NCBI GenBank assembly: GCA_036172245.1 | Contig: JAYWIR010000012.1 | Coordinates: 4,278,001 to 4,342,000 of the forward strand | DNA: 64,000 nucleotides | Source: Raillietiella orientalis | Lineage: Eukaryota | Direction of reading: 5' to 3' | Part shown: in pieces, positions 1 to 11,800 of the stretch | How the letters are laid out: each line of letters opens with the position of its first letter | Position numbering within the stretch: the stretch's first letter is position 1 | The notes under the pieces: model-generated | The model's input: the letters and a program-made list of their open reading frames with translations, nothing else | The model's database searches: none | What the model was told of the DNA's origin: nothing | Position numbers and translations under genes: made by a program

Positions 1-330
1 GAAAAGCAGGCTGCAGGAGCTTCCAGAGCTTCTTGCTTTCATCAGTCGAGAGTTCGTCTGGGGGTCCTCGCTGTCTTCTGTATGGCTGCAAAGTGATCCA
101 TTATTGTGCTGCTGCGCACAATATCCGAGAATCCCACCATCCTTTTTTTCCCTCTTTTTGTGGAATCATAACTGCTGCGTAAGAAAACTCGCTCCAGCCC
201 ACTCCAGGTTTCGTGGACCAGTTTTCGACTGCCTGTGCGGTGGCATGTGCCTCACTGGATGCTCTTTGTCGATCCAAACAATTTATCTTGCAGAAGAGAT
301 AAAAAAGAGGCGAGGGTCCAAAAATTCCAA
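1..330 (-). mobile_element. Decayed Ty3/Gypsy-like pol (RT N-terminal) fragment
   Basis: Frameshifted minus-strand pieces in the expected order: IVWIDKEHPVRHMPPHRQS, FSYAAVMIPQK / KKDGG, STIMDHF. These resemble the Gypsy RT motifs I..D..PV...PYR.S, SP.VLV.KKDG and T..D.FP. Confidence 0.4.
220..328 (+). repeat. 109-bp direct repeat, copy 1
   Basis: Matches 2851-2959 with 4 mismatches by manual alignment. Confidence 0.9.
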
Positions 331-2850
331 AAATCTTCTTGGAGCAAATACACAACAGCAAGCTTTGCAGCTGGCGAACAGTTCGGCAGAACACCGTGTC
401 CTGAGGAGCACGGTGTTCTTAGGCAACAGAACGCGACCCGCGTAATGCCAACACCGAAGGGAAAGAGCAAACGCAACGGGCATCTCTTTAATTCTGTCAA
501 GAACGAATTTCGTTCCTCATCCGTGCGATAGATGTCCGGCACTTCGCTCGGGGAGCAGCCGATCCGCAAAGAAGAGCACGTACCGCGGCTCTTTGGGAAG
601 TGCGTTGGCGCGTGCTTGGCGATCTGCAGTCAATAAAAACTGCGGCCGCCGCTCTCGAGGAGCCGCCGAACGCACTGCGGGTTTTCGATGGCCCCGGAAG
701 GGGAGGAGGGAACTCGAAACACCGACGCGGCTGCCTTGCGCGGGGGTTGGATTTTCACTCGCGGTCTTGACGCTGCCGTGTTTGCTGGGCGGCTTGCCGG
801 GATGGGCGAGGTGGAAAGCGCTCTTCTGGCGGTTTCCTTTTCTCCCCAATCCCCACCTCCCTTCTCCCGGCAAAGCCGGCTGCGCAACGACCATGCATCC
901 CCCCAACCCGCTTGGGATTCCCCCCTTCGGGGCAGTGTGCTCCCGCTTTGCGTGTTCGCCTCCCTCCTCACGCTCCTCTGGGGTGAATCAGCTCAGGAGT
1001 GCCGCCGCCGCCGCCGCCGCCACTTTTCCCGCCCCCCCTTCCTTTTTTTTTTCTCTTCCCTTCTTTTGCTTTTGTCCTTCCTTTCCTCCGTTTCCTTCGT
1101 CACAGCTGCTTCACTGAGCCAGCGCGAGCAGCCGCCGGTGCACTACGCGCTGCACTCCTGTGAGGAAGAGACGAGGGAGCCTTCGGGAACGGCTCTTCCC
1201 ATGTACGAACACAAGGGGGCTCACTCAGGCTCGCGTGCTGGGAGGGGGCCCTCGCTGGGGCTCGCGTGCGACGGCGCGCGCGCGTGCACGTGCACCTCCA
1301 GCACCCTATTCCCTGGGACCCGCGCCCTCCCGCGGAGAATGGCGCCCCCACCTGAGAGGTGAGCAGGCGGGGATGCGTTTCCTCCCTCCCATGACCCTTC
1401 CCTTGCCCTTCGCGAGCAAGGGAGTGTGCCGCTTCGCCCTTCACTCCCAGGCCCACCCTCCGAGCAGCTTCAACCGGAGGACGGCCGCCGCCGCAGCCTG
1501 GGCGCGCGAAAGCACAGGCGGGGCGTCTGCTCCTCCTCTCTACCCCCCTCCCCTGGGGGTGAGGGAGGGATGGCGGGGCGGCGCCGGCACCTTCACGAGC
1601 GGAAGCGCCAGGAGAAATTCCCCCGTCCGTCCCCGATGAGCCCTTCCGCCATCAGCGCCTGCGAAAGGGCAAAAAAATCGGGGCGCTACCGCCAGCAGCG
1701 AGAGTCCCGGGGGAATTCGGGCTCTCCCAAGGGGCAACTTCCCTGTGGCCGCAGGAAGGAAGGGGGAGTCCCGCCCTCCGGGAAGAGAGTGGGAGTGCGT
1801 AATGCAGCCTCTTCTCCCACCCTCCTGACAGCGGCGGTTCCCCCTTCCCGGACGCTGACCGGGCGGAAGCGGCACCACCTGCATCCCATCCTTCCCCGTC
1901 TCCCGGATAGCGGATCCCGGTGCGCGCGCTCCTGCTTTGCGATCCCGCCGAATCATCGATTCTCCCCTCGCGGCCTGGTTCGTGGGAAACCGATGATCCC
2001 GGAGGAGGAGCCGACAATTTCCCGTCATTTCCTCTTTTTTTTCTTCCCCTCCTCCCGCGGTGCGCTCGCCGATCGCGGAGGAGCGAGCGCGCTCGATCCG
2101 GAACCCCCCCCCCTCCCCGGCGGGACGAAGTCCTCGCGGCCCGCCGGGGAAAGGTGGCCCCACTGGTGCGAAGGACCGCCTCCCCACAGAGCGGGCTCGT
2201 CCCTGCACCCGTGGAGGCTGGACCCTCCGAGACGTCTTCCAAGAACAACAGGCAGGCCCCTCCCGATGCCGGAAAGAGGCGGGAAAGCACCCCGACGACG
2301 AGTTGGGGGGATGAATCCCCCCCACCCACCCGCCTGGGACAGGAGAGTGGCAGAAATTTCCAGACGGACGGGTGGAGTCCCGAAGTTCTGTCTCTCGGGC
2401 AAGAGGAGACGGAGTGAGGGGATGCGGAGAGAGAGAGGAAGGGAAGAAGGGGGGGACGTGGTATTCCGGAGGCTTCTACTGGCTTCGAAAGAAAGGACGA
2501 GCCCTTCCTCCTCCTCTCTCATAGCCCGACCGCTCTTGGTCTCGGGTGAGGAAAACAGGGAGCTGGAGAGAGGACGGAGGGAGGGAGCTGAAGAGGGAGG
2601 GGCGAAGGAAAGATCTTGGAGGCGCCACAGTCGTTCACCCGCCCCTTTCGATGCCCTCAGGCAAGGAAAGGGGACAAGGAATCTCCTCCTCGTCGGGGGG
2701 GAAGGAGGATGCAGCAGAGGAAGGGAGGGTACCCTGGAAGGTCGTGGCGGTCGAGAAGCTGAAGGTGAGCTCCTCTCCCCACTACAGACCCACGCAGGGT
2801 GGCAATGAAGAGGCGATCGCCGCCCCTGATGTTCCTTGCCCGGGGACGCA

Positions 2851-2959
2851 AGTTTGCGACTGCCTGTGCGGTGGCATGTGCCTCACTGGATGCTCTTTGT
2901 CGATCCAAACAATTTATCTTGCAGAAGCGATAAAATAGCGGCGAGGGTCCAAAAATTCC
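2851..2959 (+). repeat. 109-bp direct repeat, copy 2
   Basis: Matches 220-328; both read DCLCGGMCLTGCSLSIQTIYLAE in the ORF track. Confidence 0.9.
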
Positions 2960-5239
2960 CTCGCTCGCGCACCGAGGGACGGGCCGAGCGAGCGTCCACA
3001 AGGGGCGGGAGACCGATCTTGGCGACGGGGAGCAGGATGGGACTGTGGGCTCGACGGAACGGGTCGGCAAGCGCCATGGGGCGAGCACTTAGGTGACGCC
3101 CGAGCGCCCCCACGCTCTAGGAAGGAGGAGGAGGGGAAGGAAGATGCGCCCAGCAGCCGCCACCACTACAGAGAGCGGCGTCCAATGAGCGACCGCTCCC
3201 CACGACACCTTCCTGACCGCCCGGGGAGCGTCGAGTGCTCCCTCGCAGCGAGGGCACAGCGCCTCCCCGCGCCTTGGGATCGCCCAGACCTCGAAGGAAA
3301 GGGCGAATCACTCCTCGTGGCCGATGGCGCAGTGGTTGCCCAGGGCGATCTTCCCATCTTCCCCAGCCGGCAGTCCCGGGAAGAGCGACTCTCGAAGAAG
3401 GGCGGGAGTGCTCCTCCTCCCGCCTTCCCCCCTTTCCTTCGCTCTTCTGGGAGAAGAGAAAACAAACAAACAAGCAAATAAGCAAAACGCGCACGCACCC
3501 CCGGGAGGACGGCTCTCAGGGTCCGAAAAGGGTGGGGTGGGGCGCGCTCCCGGGACTTTCTGGGATCACGAGGGCCGCCGCTGCGGACCCGTCTCCCGTC
3601 TTCCCGCCTCGGGCGGACGCCAAGTGGCAGCGATCCCCGTCATCTCCGCTTCCGGCAGAGATGTTTGCACGCGCGGTCGTCCGGGAAACGCGCGACACCG
3701 CCGTGCTGCGGGTCCTCCCTCCCCCTCCTCCTATGAGACGCCGCCAGCAGAAAAGGGGCGAGGCTGCCCCCTTGCCCGGGGGAAGGAAGGGCGCTGGCCG
3801 ACCGGAGAGTCCCGCGCAGTGAGGAAGCGCTCCACGCGCCTGCGCGGCGCCCGCTCTCGCGCCGCCGCCGCGCTCCCAGCGGGGCTTCCCCCGCCCTCCC
3901 CCCCTTTTGCGCGCGCAGGCGCGCGGAGGGAAACGGGAGCCTTAGCGTGGAATTCCATTATCGGGAAAGCTGGCGGGCGGGACGCGAGTGCCCTCGCGCG
4001 GTGCGACGCTGCCGCCCGCCCGCTACGTGCGCGCGCAGAAGGAAAAGGGAAGAAAGGAGACGCCACAAAGCCTGGATCCCTCCTCGGAATTGTTCCAGGG
4101 CGCAAAGGTCGATTCCTTTATCTCCAGGAGAAACGAAAGAGAGGGAGGGGAAGAGAGAGAGAGGGAGAAAAAATTTTTTTTCCCGTTCCGGGAGGCGGTC
4201 GGGACCGAAAGGGAATCGGTAGGGCCGTCGGGCCCTGCCCCCGCTTTATATGCGCTTTCTTTCGCCCCTTTCTTTCTCCTTCCGCTGCTGCTGCTGCCGC
4301 CGCCGCCGCCGCCGCCGAGGACGACCCACGGCTTCTGTCCCTCCCGTGCCCTTTCGCACGCACCCGGGAGAGACGCGTCGCTGCCCATCGCCCGAAGGCC
4401 GGAAATCAGGGCAGCGTCGTCGCCTTCCATCAGGAGCAACAGCGGCAGCCATCCGAAGGTCTGTTCCGGGAAGTGAGGAGGGGGAGGTTGGTAGGAGGTG
4501 GGCACACGCGCGTAGGGGCGGCTGCGCCCTCCCGTCCGCCGTCTCCCCGGAGGACGGGGACCACTCAACAGCGCGCTCCCGCCTGAAGGGATGGAGGCGT
4601 TCTTTCTCGAGACTTCGCCAGAGGCCACACCACCAGGATGAGCGCGTTCCGCCCGAGCGTCAACCGGCGGCGCGATGCCGGGGAGAACGAGGAAGGGCTG
4701 GAAAAAAAAAAAAAAAACTGGAAGGAAGGGGAACCGAAGGCTCGGCCCCCTTCGCGCCCGTCTCTGAGCAACGTGGCGGCGGAAAGCGCCACGCTGCTGA
4801 TCCGGGAGTCCGGAGGAACTCGCGAAGGGGGAGGGAAGGATTCTCCTCCCGGAATAGTCAGGAAGGAGGCTGCGGGCAGTCCCTCCGAACGCTCGTATCC
4901 CACCCGCGCGGATCGGTCCGTGCGACCCCGAGCCGTACGCGGGCGCAGCAGCACCTGGTGGCGGCGTGGCGAGCGACACCTGGCACGTCCGCTGCTGCTG
5001 GCATGAGCGGAGAGCCGGCTGGCCGCTCAGGAGGTTCCAGGCTCCTTTCCCCTGTTCTTCAGACTCGTCTTGGTCAGAGCCGGGAGTCCGGCCACCCTCG
5101 CGACACAAAGTGCACGAGGCGAGAATGCCCCCCCCCCCCGGCCTCCGGGGAACACAGGTCCGGAGGTATGTGCGCGCGCGTCGCTTTCCGAGGAACCAAG
5201 AGCCCCTAAGCAGGACGATGGGATGAGGGGGGGGGGGAG

Positions 5240-5865
5240 AAAGCAATGCGAGGCGGCATTAACACTCCTTTGCAAAGCGCGCCTCTCCCACTGGACATTA
5301 GGGATTGTGGATGCCAATTGTGCAGGGAGCGGGGAACGGGAGACCTCATCATCGAGTGTGTCGCCCTCCGTCCCATGTGGAATCGACTGTCGTCGATTCT
5401 GAACATTCCGGTGGGGGATCCAAAGGACATTTTTCTTCGCCTCCTGATGCAGGACGCTTTGCCTGCAGCCGCGTATGTAGCAGTTCTCTACTGCATACGC
5501 GGGATGCTGGCAAATGGTCTGCGTCGAGGAGAGGTCACAACAGCCGGAACGCCATCTACTGGGCGGCTCTGAACATTGAGAAAACTTCCCGATGGCCCCG
5601 GCTAAGAACTTTGAGACCAGCACTTGTCCTCATCCTGAACAGGATGCTTGAGGACCACTCGGGGCGAACAGTGATCCCTTCCCAGCCGTCCCCTCCCCCA
5701 TCGCCTGCAGAGAGGACCTCACCGGCCTACGGGCCGGTAGTGGCAATTGTGGCAGGACAGGCGGGAACCACGTGTTCTGTCTGAACATAATTCCCAGACT
5801 TTATTCTGAAATTTTTCTTGTAAAAATTTTAATAATAAATGCCCCGGCAAATCCGGGTGACAAAC
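5240..5865 (+). mobile_element. 5'-truncated, decayed L1/Tx1-like non-LTR retrotransposon 3' end (zf-RVT-like Cys region and 3' UTR)
   Basis: CKARLSHWTLGIVDANCAGSGERET /frameshift/ DLIIECVALRPMWNRLSSIL resembles the C..CG..ET..H....C......W motif of ORF2. It ends in AATAAA plus a stem-loop. Homologous to 26941-27760. Confidence 0.65.
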
Positions 5866-8800
5866 ACTTCGATTAATGACTCCCCGAGTCGCGTGTTTTC
5901 CTTAAGAAAACAAACACGTCACCGTGTCATTACCGACGCTTCCCTCCCCCCCCCCCGCATTTCGAAACGTCCCGATTTTCCCCACATGCGAACCTCACTC
6001 GAGGAACGGTGAGATGACACTCTTGAATAACAAGCCGAAGCGTGCAAACACAAAGGGAACAACAACAACAACACAAGGCAAACAGACGAAACAAAACAAC
6101 GGGAAACGAAGCATGCGAAAACCGTGCTGCGAGGAAAATGCCGTGGTCGAGGAACTCACGTGGTGGGAAGTGCTGCTGCTTCCTGACTTCCTGTTCCTCG
6201 AAGCGCTCCAGCGTCGGACTCTGCGACTACTCCCTGCGTCCCGCCCTTTCCCAGGGCGCAGCTGCCCCCGCTGCGGTGTCAGGGCGGTCGGAAAGGGCCA
6301 GGTCCGGTCCGGTCCGGAGGCGAGAGGGGCTCGCAGAATCTTCCCTCTTCCTCGGCCCGGTTCCCGGGCGGCGAGGCTCGAAAGGGCGTGCGATGCCGGC
6401 GGGAATCGCGGAGGCGCTCTTCTTCCCTCCGTCCTCTCCGGGAACGGAGGGATGCTCTCTCCGCCGCCGTTTTCGAACGGGTGGTGGGGGATGACCATCC
6501 CCCTGCTTTCTGTTGCGAAGGGAGAGGTTCCGAGTACCACCACCGCAGTGAAACTGCGCACCGCCGTGGGGCAACGTGGAAATTCTGCACCGCGGGTGCC
6601 CCCGACGGATACAAATGTCCCGCGGAAAACCGTGCAACGCGCGTCCCGCCATGTGCGCGTCCGACGCGTTCGAACGACGCAACAATGGCGCAGCCTTAGA
6701 CCGCGTCGGACGGATCTAAAAATGGATCCGTCGTCGTCGTTTTCGTTTGTTTGTTCCCTCCCCCCTCCTCCTCCCCTCCCCCCCCTCCCTCCCTCCCTCC
6801 CTCCCGATCGGAAGAGAGGCAGCGGCGTCCAAAGTGTTCCTAATTGCTCCAACGGTTTTCTCGCACACCGCGAGGCGGCCCGAGCGGTGGAAGAAACAAC
6901 CCGCAAAAACCGTTCCCATCGTCAGGGGGGGGATGCAGACGGAACAAAAAGTACTGCGGAAAAAACAAGCTCTGCCCCTCGGATGGAACGGATTCGTGTA
7001 TTTTATTTCCATCCCTTGCACATGTTCTATCTCGTGTTCCGGACTGGAGTTCCTCGTCGGAGCAGACGACTGCAGGCAGCCAGCTCCGCGGAACTGCAAG
7101 TGTTCCGGCCAATAAAGCAGTGTCGCACACTTGTGTCAACAACTGGGCACATCCGCACGCTGCATCCGACTGGCAGTGTCCCCGTGCCCCTATGTGAAAG
7201 AGACGCCTTCCAGGGTTGGCCAGGAGCGCACAGGAAGCGGGTACGAGGCAACCGTGCATCTGCACGGCGCAGACGTCGCGGGGAAAACTTTTCTTTTCGC
7301 GTGCGTTTCCGGCGGTGAAAAATGCAGCCCATCAGCCCGCGACCCGCGCGATCTGCTGGGAGCACAGGCGGGTCGCGAAGCCCTACGGGGGGGAGGAAAC
7401 GGCGGCAAACGGAAGCAGCGCCATCGTCGCGGCTTCACCATTCCCATTGGGCCAAAGCTCCACTTGGGGGGGACGGGATGCCTCGTGGAAACGAGCGGCC
7501 GACCGGGCCGCGTTCACATGGCAACCAGGAAAACCCCCGCAATGGATTCCCGGCAGCGAGGCACCGCCGACACGGCAAGCGTTCGAGAGAGAGGGAGAGA
7601 GCAGAAGAGAAACGACCGCATCGACCGCGAAGCCTAGTGAGCACAAAGAGCAGCCATGTGCTTCTTCTGGAAGCGGCGGCTGGGGTACCGGTCCAGGAGG
7701 TCGAGAGGGCTCTCCTGGGAGTGCGCGCAGCGTTTCGCAGAAGCGCCGGGAGTCGCCGCGTGTTCGACTTGGCGGAACGTGCTGCAACACGAAGACGGAC
7801 GGACGACGGACAGACCAGGCGGCGGGAGGAGCGAAGACGGGAGCAGGCTGAACGCCCGCCCCCGAAGAAGGAGGGAGGGGGAGGAAGGGGGGAAGAAATC
7901 CCGACTGCTTGCTGCTCCCAGCCGGACTCCGACCCGGAGTCCCTGGGGCAGGCGGCAGCTCACGACGCTCACGACGGAAGCAGAAAGGGGGGGGAGGGAG
8001 TCGCCGCTGTGGACGCTCTCCCCGAGACCAGAAGACGCGAGACGGAAGGGTGGCGCGTCGATCCCTAGTGACCTTTTCCCGGAGCGCACGAAGCGAATGT
8101 TGGTAAGGAAGCCAAAGATCAGCTCCCTCCCCCCCAACTTGGCATTCCTTTCCCCCTTCGGACTCCCGGCAGGTCAGCTGCTGAGAAGTTCCCGGGGCGT
8201 CTTCGGGAAGGGAGTCACTTGTTCCCGCAGCCGTCGGCAGGCGGCGCCGAGATCTCTTCCGCCTCGGGTCATCGCCATCACGCCACGACGGTTCGCAAAA
8301 AAAATGAGGGGCTCCAGCGGGCTTGCCGCGGAGCCCGAGGAAGGATTCGTTTCCAAGGAGGGAGAAGTAGCAGCATCCGACCTGGTTCCTCGAAACGCAC
8401 GCCCCAGCGCGCGCGCCGAGAGCGTTTTTTTTTCTCCACTCCCCCCCTTCCTCCGCCCTTGTCGCAGCCCCAAGCAGCCACCCGGAGGCGGCGCTTTCAC
8501 GCGCACGGGATGCCCGTGAGACGAGGAGCGGAAAGGTCTGGAGACCGGGATCGTGGGGGGGAACCGCGACTTCTTGGCGCGCGGCCGCCGAAAATCGGGA
8601 TCGTTCGAGGAAGCGCACGGAGACTTCGCCACTCACGTACGACGTGCGGATTGCCCACTCGGACGCGCGCGCAGCCTCCCTTCCGCTTTCCCTGTCCGCG
8701 GAGTCCTTTCCACTCCCGGCGCCGCGAAGTGTTCCTGCCTCCCCTTCTTCCCTCTCAACGCAGTTTCCGTTTCCTTCTCTCGCTCTTGGTGTCCCCCATC

Positions 8801-11800
8801 TGAAGGCCAGCAGAGCCGGAACGCTTGCGGACTCAGGGCGGGGAGTCGCCGCGCAGTCTTCCGAGTGTCTAACAGGTTGCCCAGCAAGCGAGGTCGTTCC
8901 AAAGCGGTGGATGGAGCTTCCATGCCACCCTGCGGCGCGACGCGCCCGGGGAGGGTCTTTCCTCGCCTCCTCCTCCCCCGCTGCTTTCCCCTTTCCCTTC
9001 CATCCTGGGCCCCTTCCGCTCGCACGAGCGCTCTTGTTCCGGCGCGCACTTGCCATCGGCAAGTGCACTTCCGGTACCTGAACGAAGCCAAGTCTGCTTG
9101 CAGACTTGGCTTCGTTCAGGTAGTAGGCAACAAGTAGCTGGGTTTTCCCCGCTCCGAGGCGACGCCCCTTGTCGAGATGGAAGGTTTAAGAACGCTCCCA
9201 TTAGGGCGCGGTCGGTCGCCGCTCCGGTCTCGGCCGCGGGCGCGCGGAAGTGGAGGTGGGTTCGCGTCCAGCGGCGGTCGGAAACGCGCGCGGCTACGCA
9301 GGGCCGAGACGCCGCGCGCACTGTCGAGTCGAGGAAGCTGGCGGAAACTTCTGGAAGCGGTGGGCCCCTCTTCTTCCGTGAAACCATCACTTGATTCTGT
9401 TTATTTGCCAGTGCGGACCTTTTGCGCAAGCTAATTTTATCCCCGCGACGAACAGAGGGATCGTAAGAGAGCCCCCAGATACGTAATCTTGGAGCTTCCC
9501 ACAGCGCAGTGTTACCGGAACACCACAGGATGGCATCCCGATAAGATCGTCGTTAACGATCCCACAAGATAACGAGAGCAACTGGTACGATTTCGGAAAG
9601 TTCCACACATGCGCGTTTCCGAGCGCCTCCTTTCCGAAAGGAGGAGCGAAAGACGGTCCCCGGGGTTGTGGGAAGGAACCGTCGGTCGGCCACGTCGGCG
9701 CACGTCAATCAGCAGCTTTCACTTTCCTTCAGTCCGGGAGGAGAATCAGCAAACGGCGGCAGAAAGAACTGCTAAGAGGGCCGCACAACTCGCACGGCAA
9801 ACGCGTTCAATGAACGCACACTTATGAAGATGAACGATTCAAGTAATGAGCGGTACAAACGACAGAAGCAAAGCAGAGACGAGCAAAGCCATCTAAAGAG
9901 AGGCTGCTCTCTTGCTGGAAGTGGCTACTCCTGGAGGGAGGGAGCGAGGGAGGGAGAAACAGTTGGGTGACAAAAACACAACAAAAAAAGAAAAAGAGAG
10001 AGAGAGAGAGAGAGAGAGTAAATACGTAGTGCCAATGCCGTCTCGTCCGGTTGTTTTCCAAGATGGTCCGAAAAGTGTGAGGGGTGAGGGTGAGCCCGTG
10101 CAAAGTGCTATCCCTATTCCTCTTGCTGATTAAGGGAATCCTCGGGAGAACAAACAATTTTTATTGGAAGGAGGTTCGCTTGGTGGTCAGCTGGGGGAGG
10201 AAAACTGGTCCACATGCCTGAGCAATGGGCGCCTTCAAGATGAAAATCTGGGTCAACAGAATTCTGGCTTTCTTCGGCAGACGCCCGTTGCCAGAAGTGC
10301 ACCGAGCATCGAACCTGCAAGCGCCGATCCGGAATCCTCCCCAAGGAACGAGCTGGTCCTCCTGCACTCCTTGGTTACGGGGATGTTCGCGTCCGGACGG
10401 CTCGACGACGTTCCGCACGCTTTTTTCCCTTCGGGCATCCCGTGATACTGCACATAGAAAAGGCGGAAAACGGGGGGTGTGGTGGGGTAGGGTGGGGTGG
10501 GGGGATTAAATAATGATAATACGGAAAAAGCAGTTGCTCATAAATTCAGCAAGAACGAAACCTAGGCTTAGGCAAACAGATCATCCCCTCGGTCGCCACT
10601 GGCAACCGAGGCGGAAACGGATTGTTGCAAGGAAGAACGAGGATATCCCCCGTGCTGACGGCGCGACGCGTTCCGTGGGCCCGCGATAAATTCCCGCTGG
10701 TTACTTTCGAGACCAAATGCAAAGTTTGACCTCGACCGCAGTTCTTGATTTTTCCATGGCACCGGTGATACAAGTAAATGTCGTCCAGGCATTTCAAGGT
10801 GATGCATTTGTTTGTTCGTTTGTGTGTGTGCGTGTACGGGCGTGTGTATTCAGGAATGGCATACTGAACACCTAGGGAATCCGCGGAAAGAGAACACCTG
10901 ACCTATCAGTGTTTGGGACCATTGAAAAGAGAGAGTAGAGAACGATTTATGGAAGCCCTCAGAGCATCGAACTATAAATAGATATTTATTAATAACTATA
11001 TATATGTGGCGGGAGATGGGTATTTCGGAACATGGTTGTAAAACGCGAATCGCAAAATTTTAAGCCCCCCCCCCTTCCCCCCCCTTTTTTCCCAACAGAA
11101 ATGCTAAACTTGGAGCCGGGTGCCCACGGGGACTTGTGTCTGCCTGGTGGTGACTGCGGTGTTCCTGTTCGGCAACCAGCAGGTACCAGTCAGCTGACTG
11201 CTGCATTGCTGTTGCGACCTGTTGCTGCACGCTTGTTTCTACAAGTACGATTCCGCTCCCGTTTTTGATGCAGATGAAGTCCTCCGAGCGGGAGAAAGGG
11301 GAGCGTGCGGAAGTGGAAAGATCGGAAAACTAAGACTGCCCGCAGCATGGGTGAGAGGAGGAGGACCACCCCGGGCAGGCCAGAAGCGGGGGAATCGGGG
11401 TTCCCAGGACCTAGTGTCAGCTTCGGACGCGACGGCGAACTCCGACCCCTTCCGTTGCATCCGAGGAAGAAGAGCCCCCCTCCTCACGTTTCCAGAAGGG
11501 CAGCGTATTCGCTGGGAACGTCTTTGGAAGGCTTCTTCATCGCCTTCCTGGGATTCCCTGGCACAGGGTCCTGTTCCTCTTCCATCAGTCTTCCCGGTTT
11601 CCCTTCTTCCTCCTCCTCCCCCCTCCCTATTTTACGAGAAAACGCTGGGATGGGAGGGAACGGGAGCTTTCCCTTGGACGATAGGGCCTCTCTCTTGCGA
11701 TTGGAAGATGGGATTCGCGAGAGGGAGACGTCCACCGCCTCGGATGCTGTCAGAAGACGCAGCCCCGTGGCGGGTCGCGACCGAGGGTCAGTAGGCGTCC

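Noticed and set aside
10546..10807. CLDDIYLY as an RT catalytic motif; similar isolated LINE-like words at about 53.3, 56.5 and 58.7 kb
   Set aside because: Single weak motifs without enough ordered support to call.
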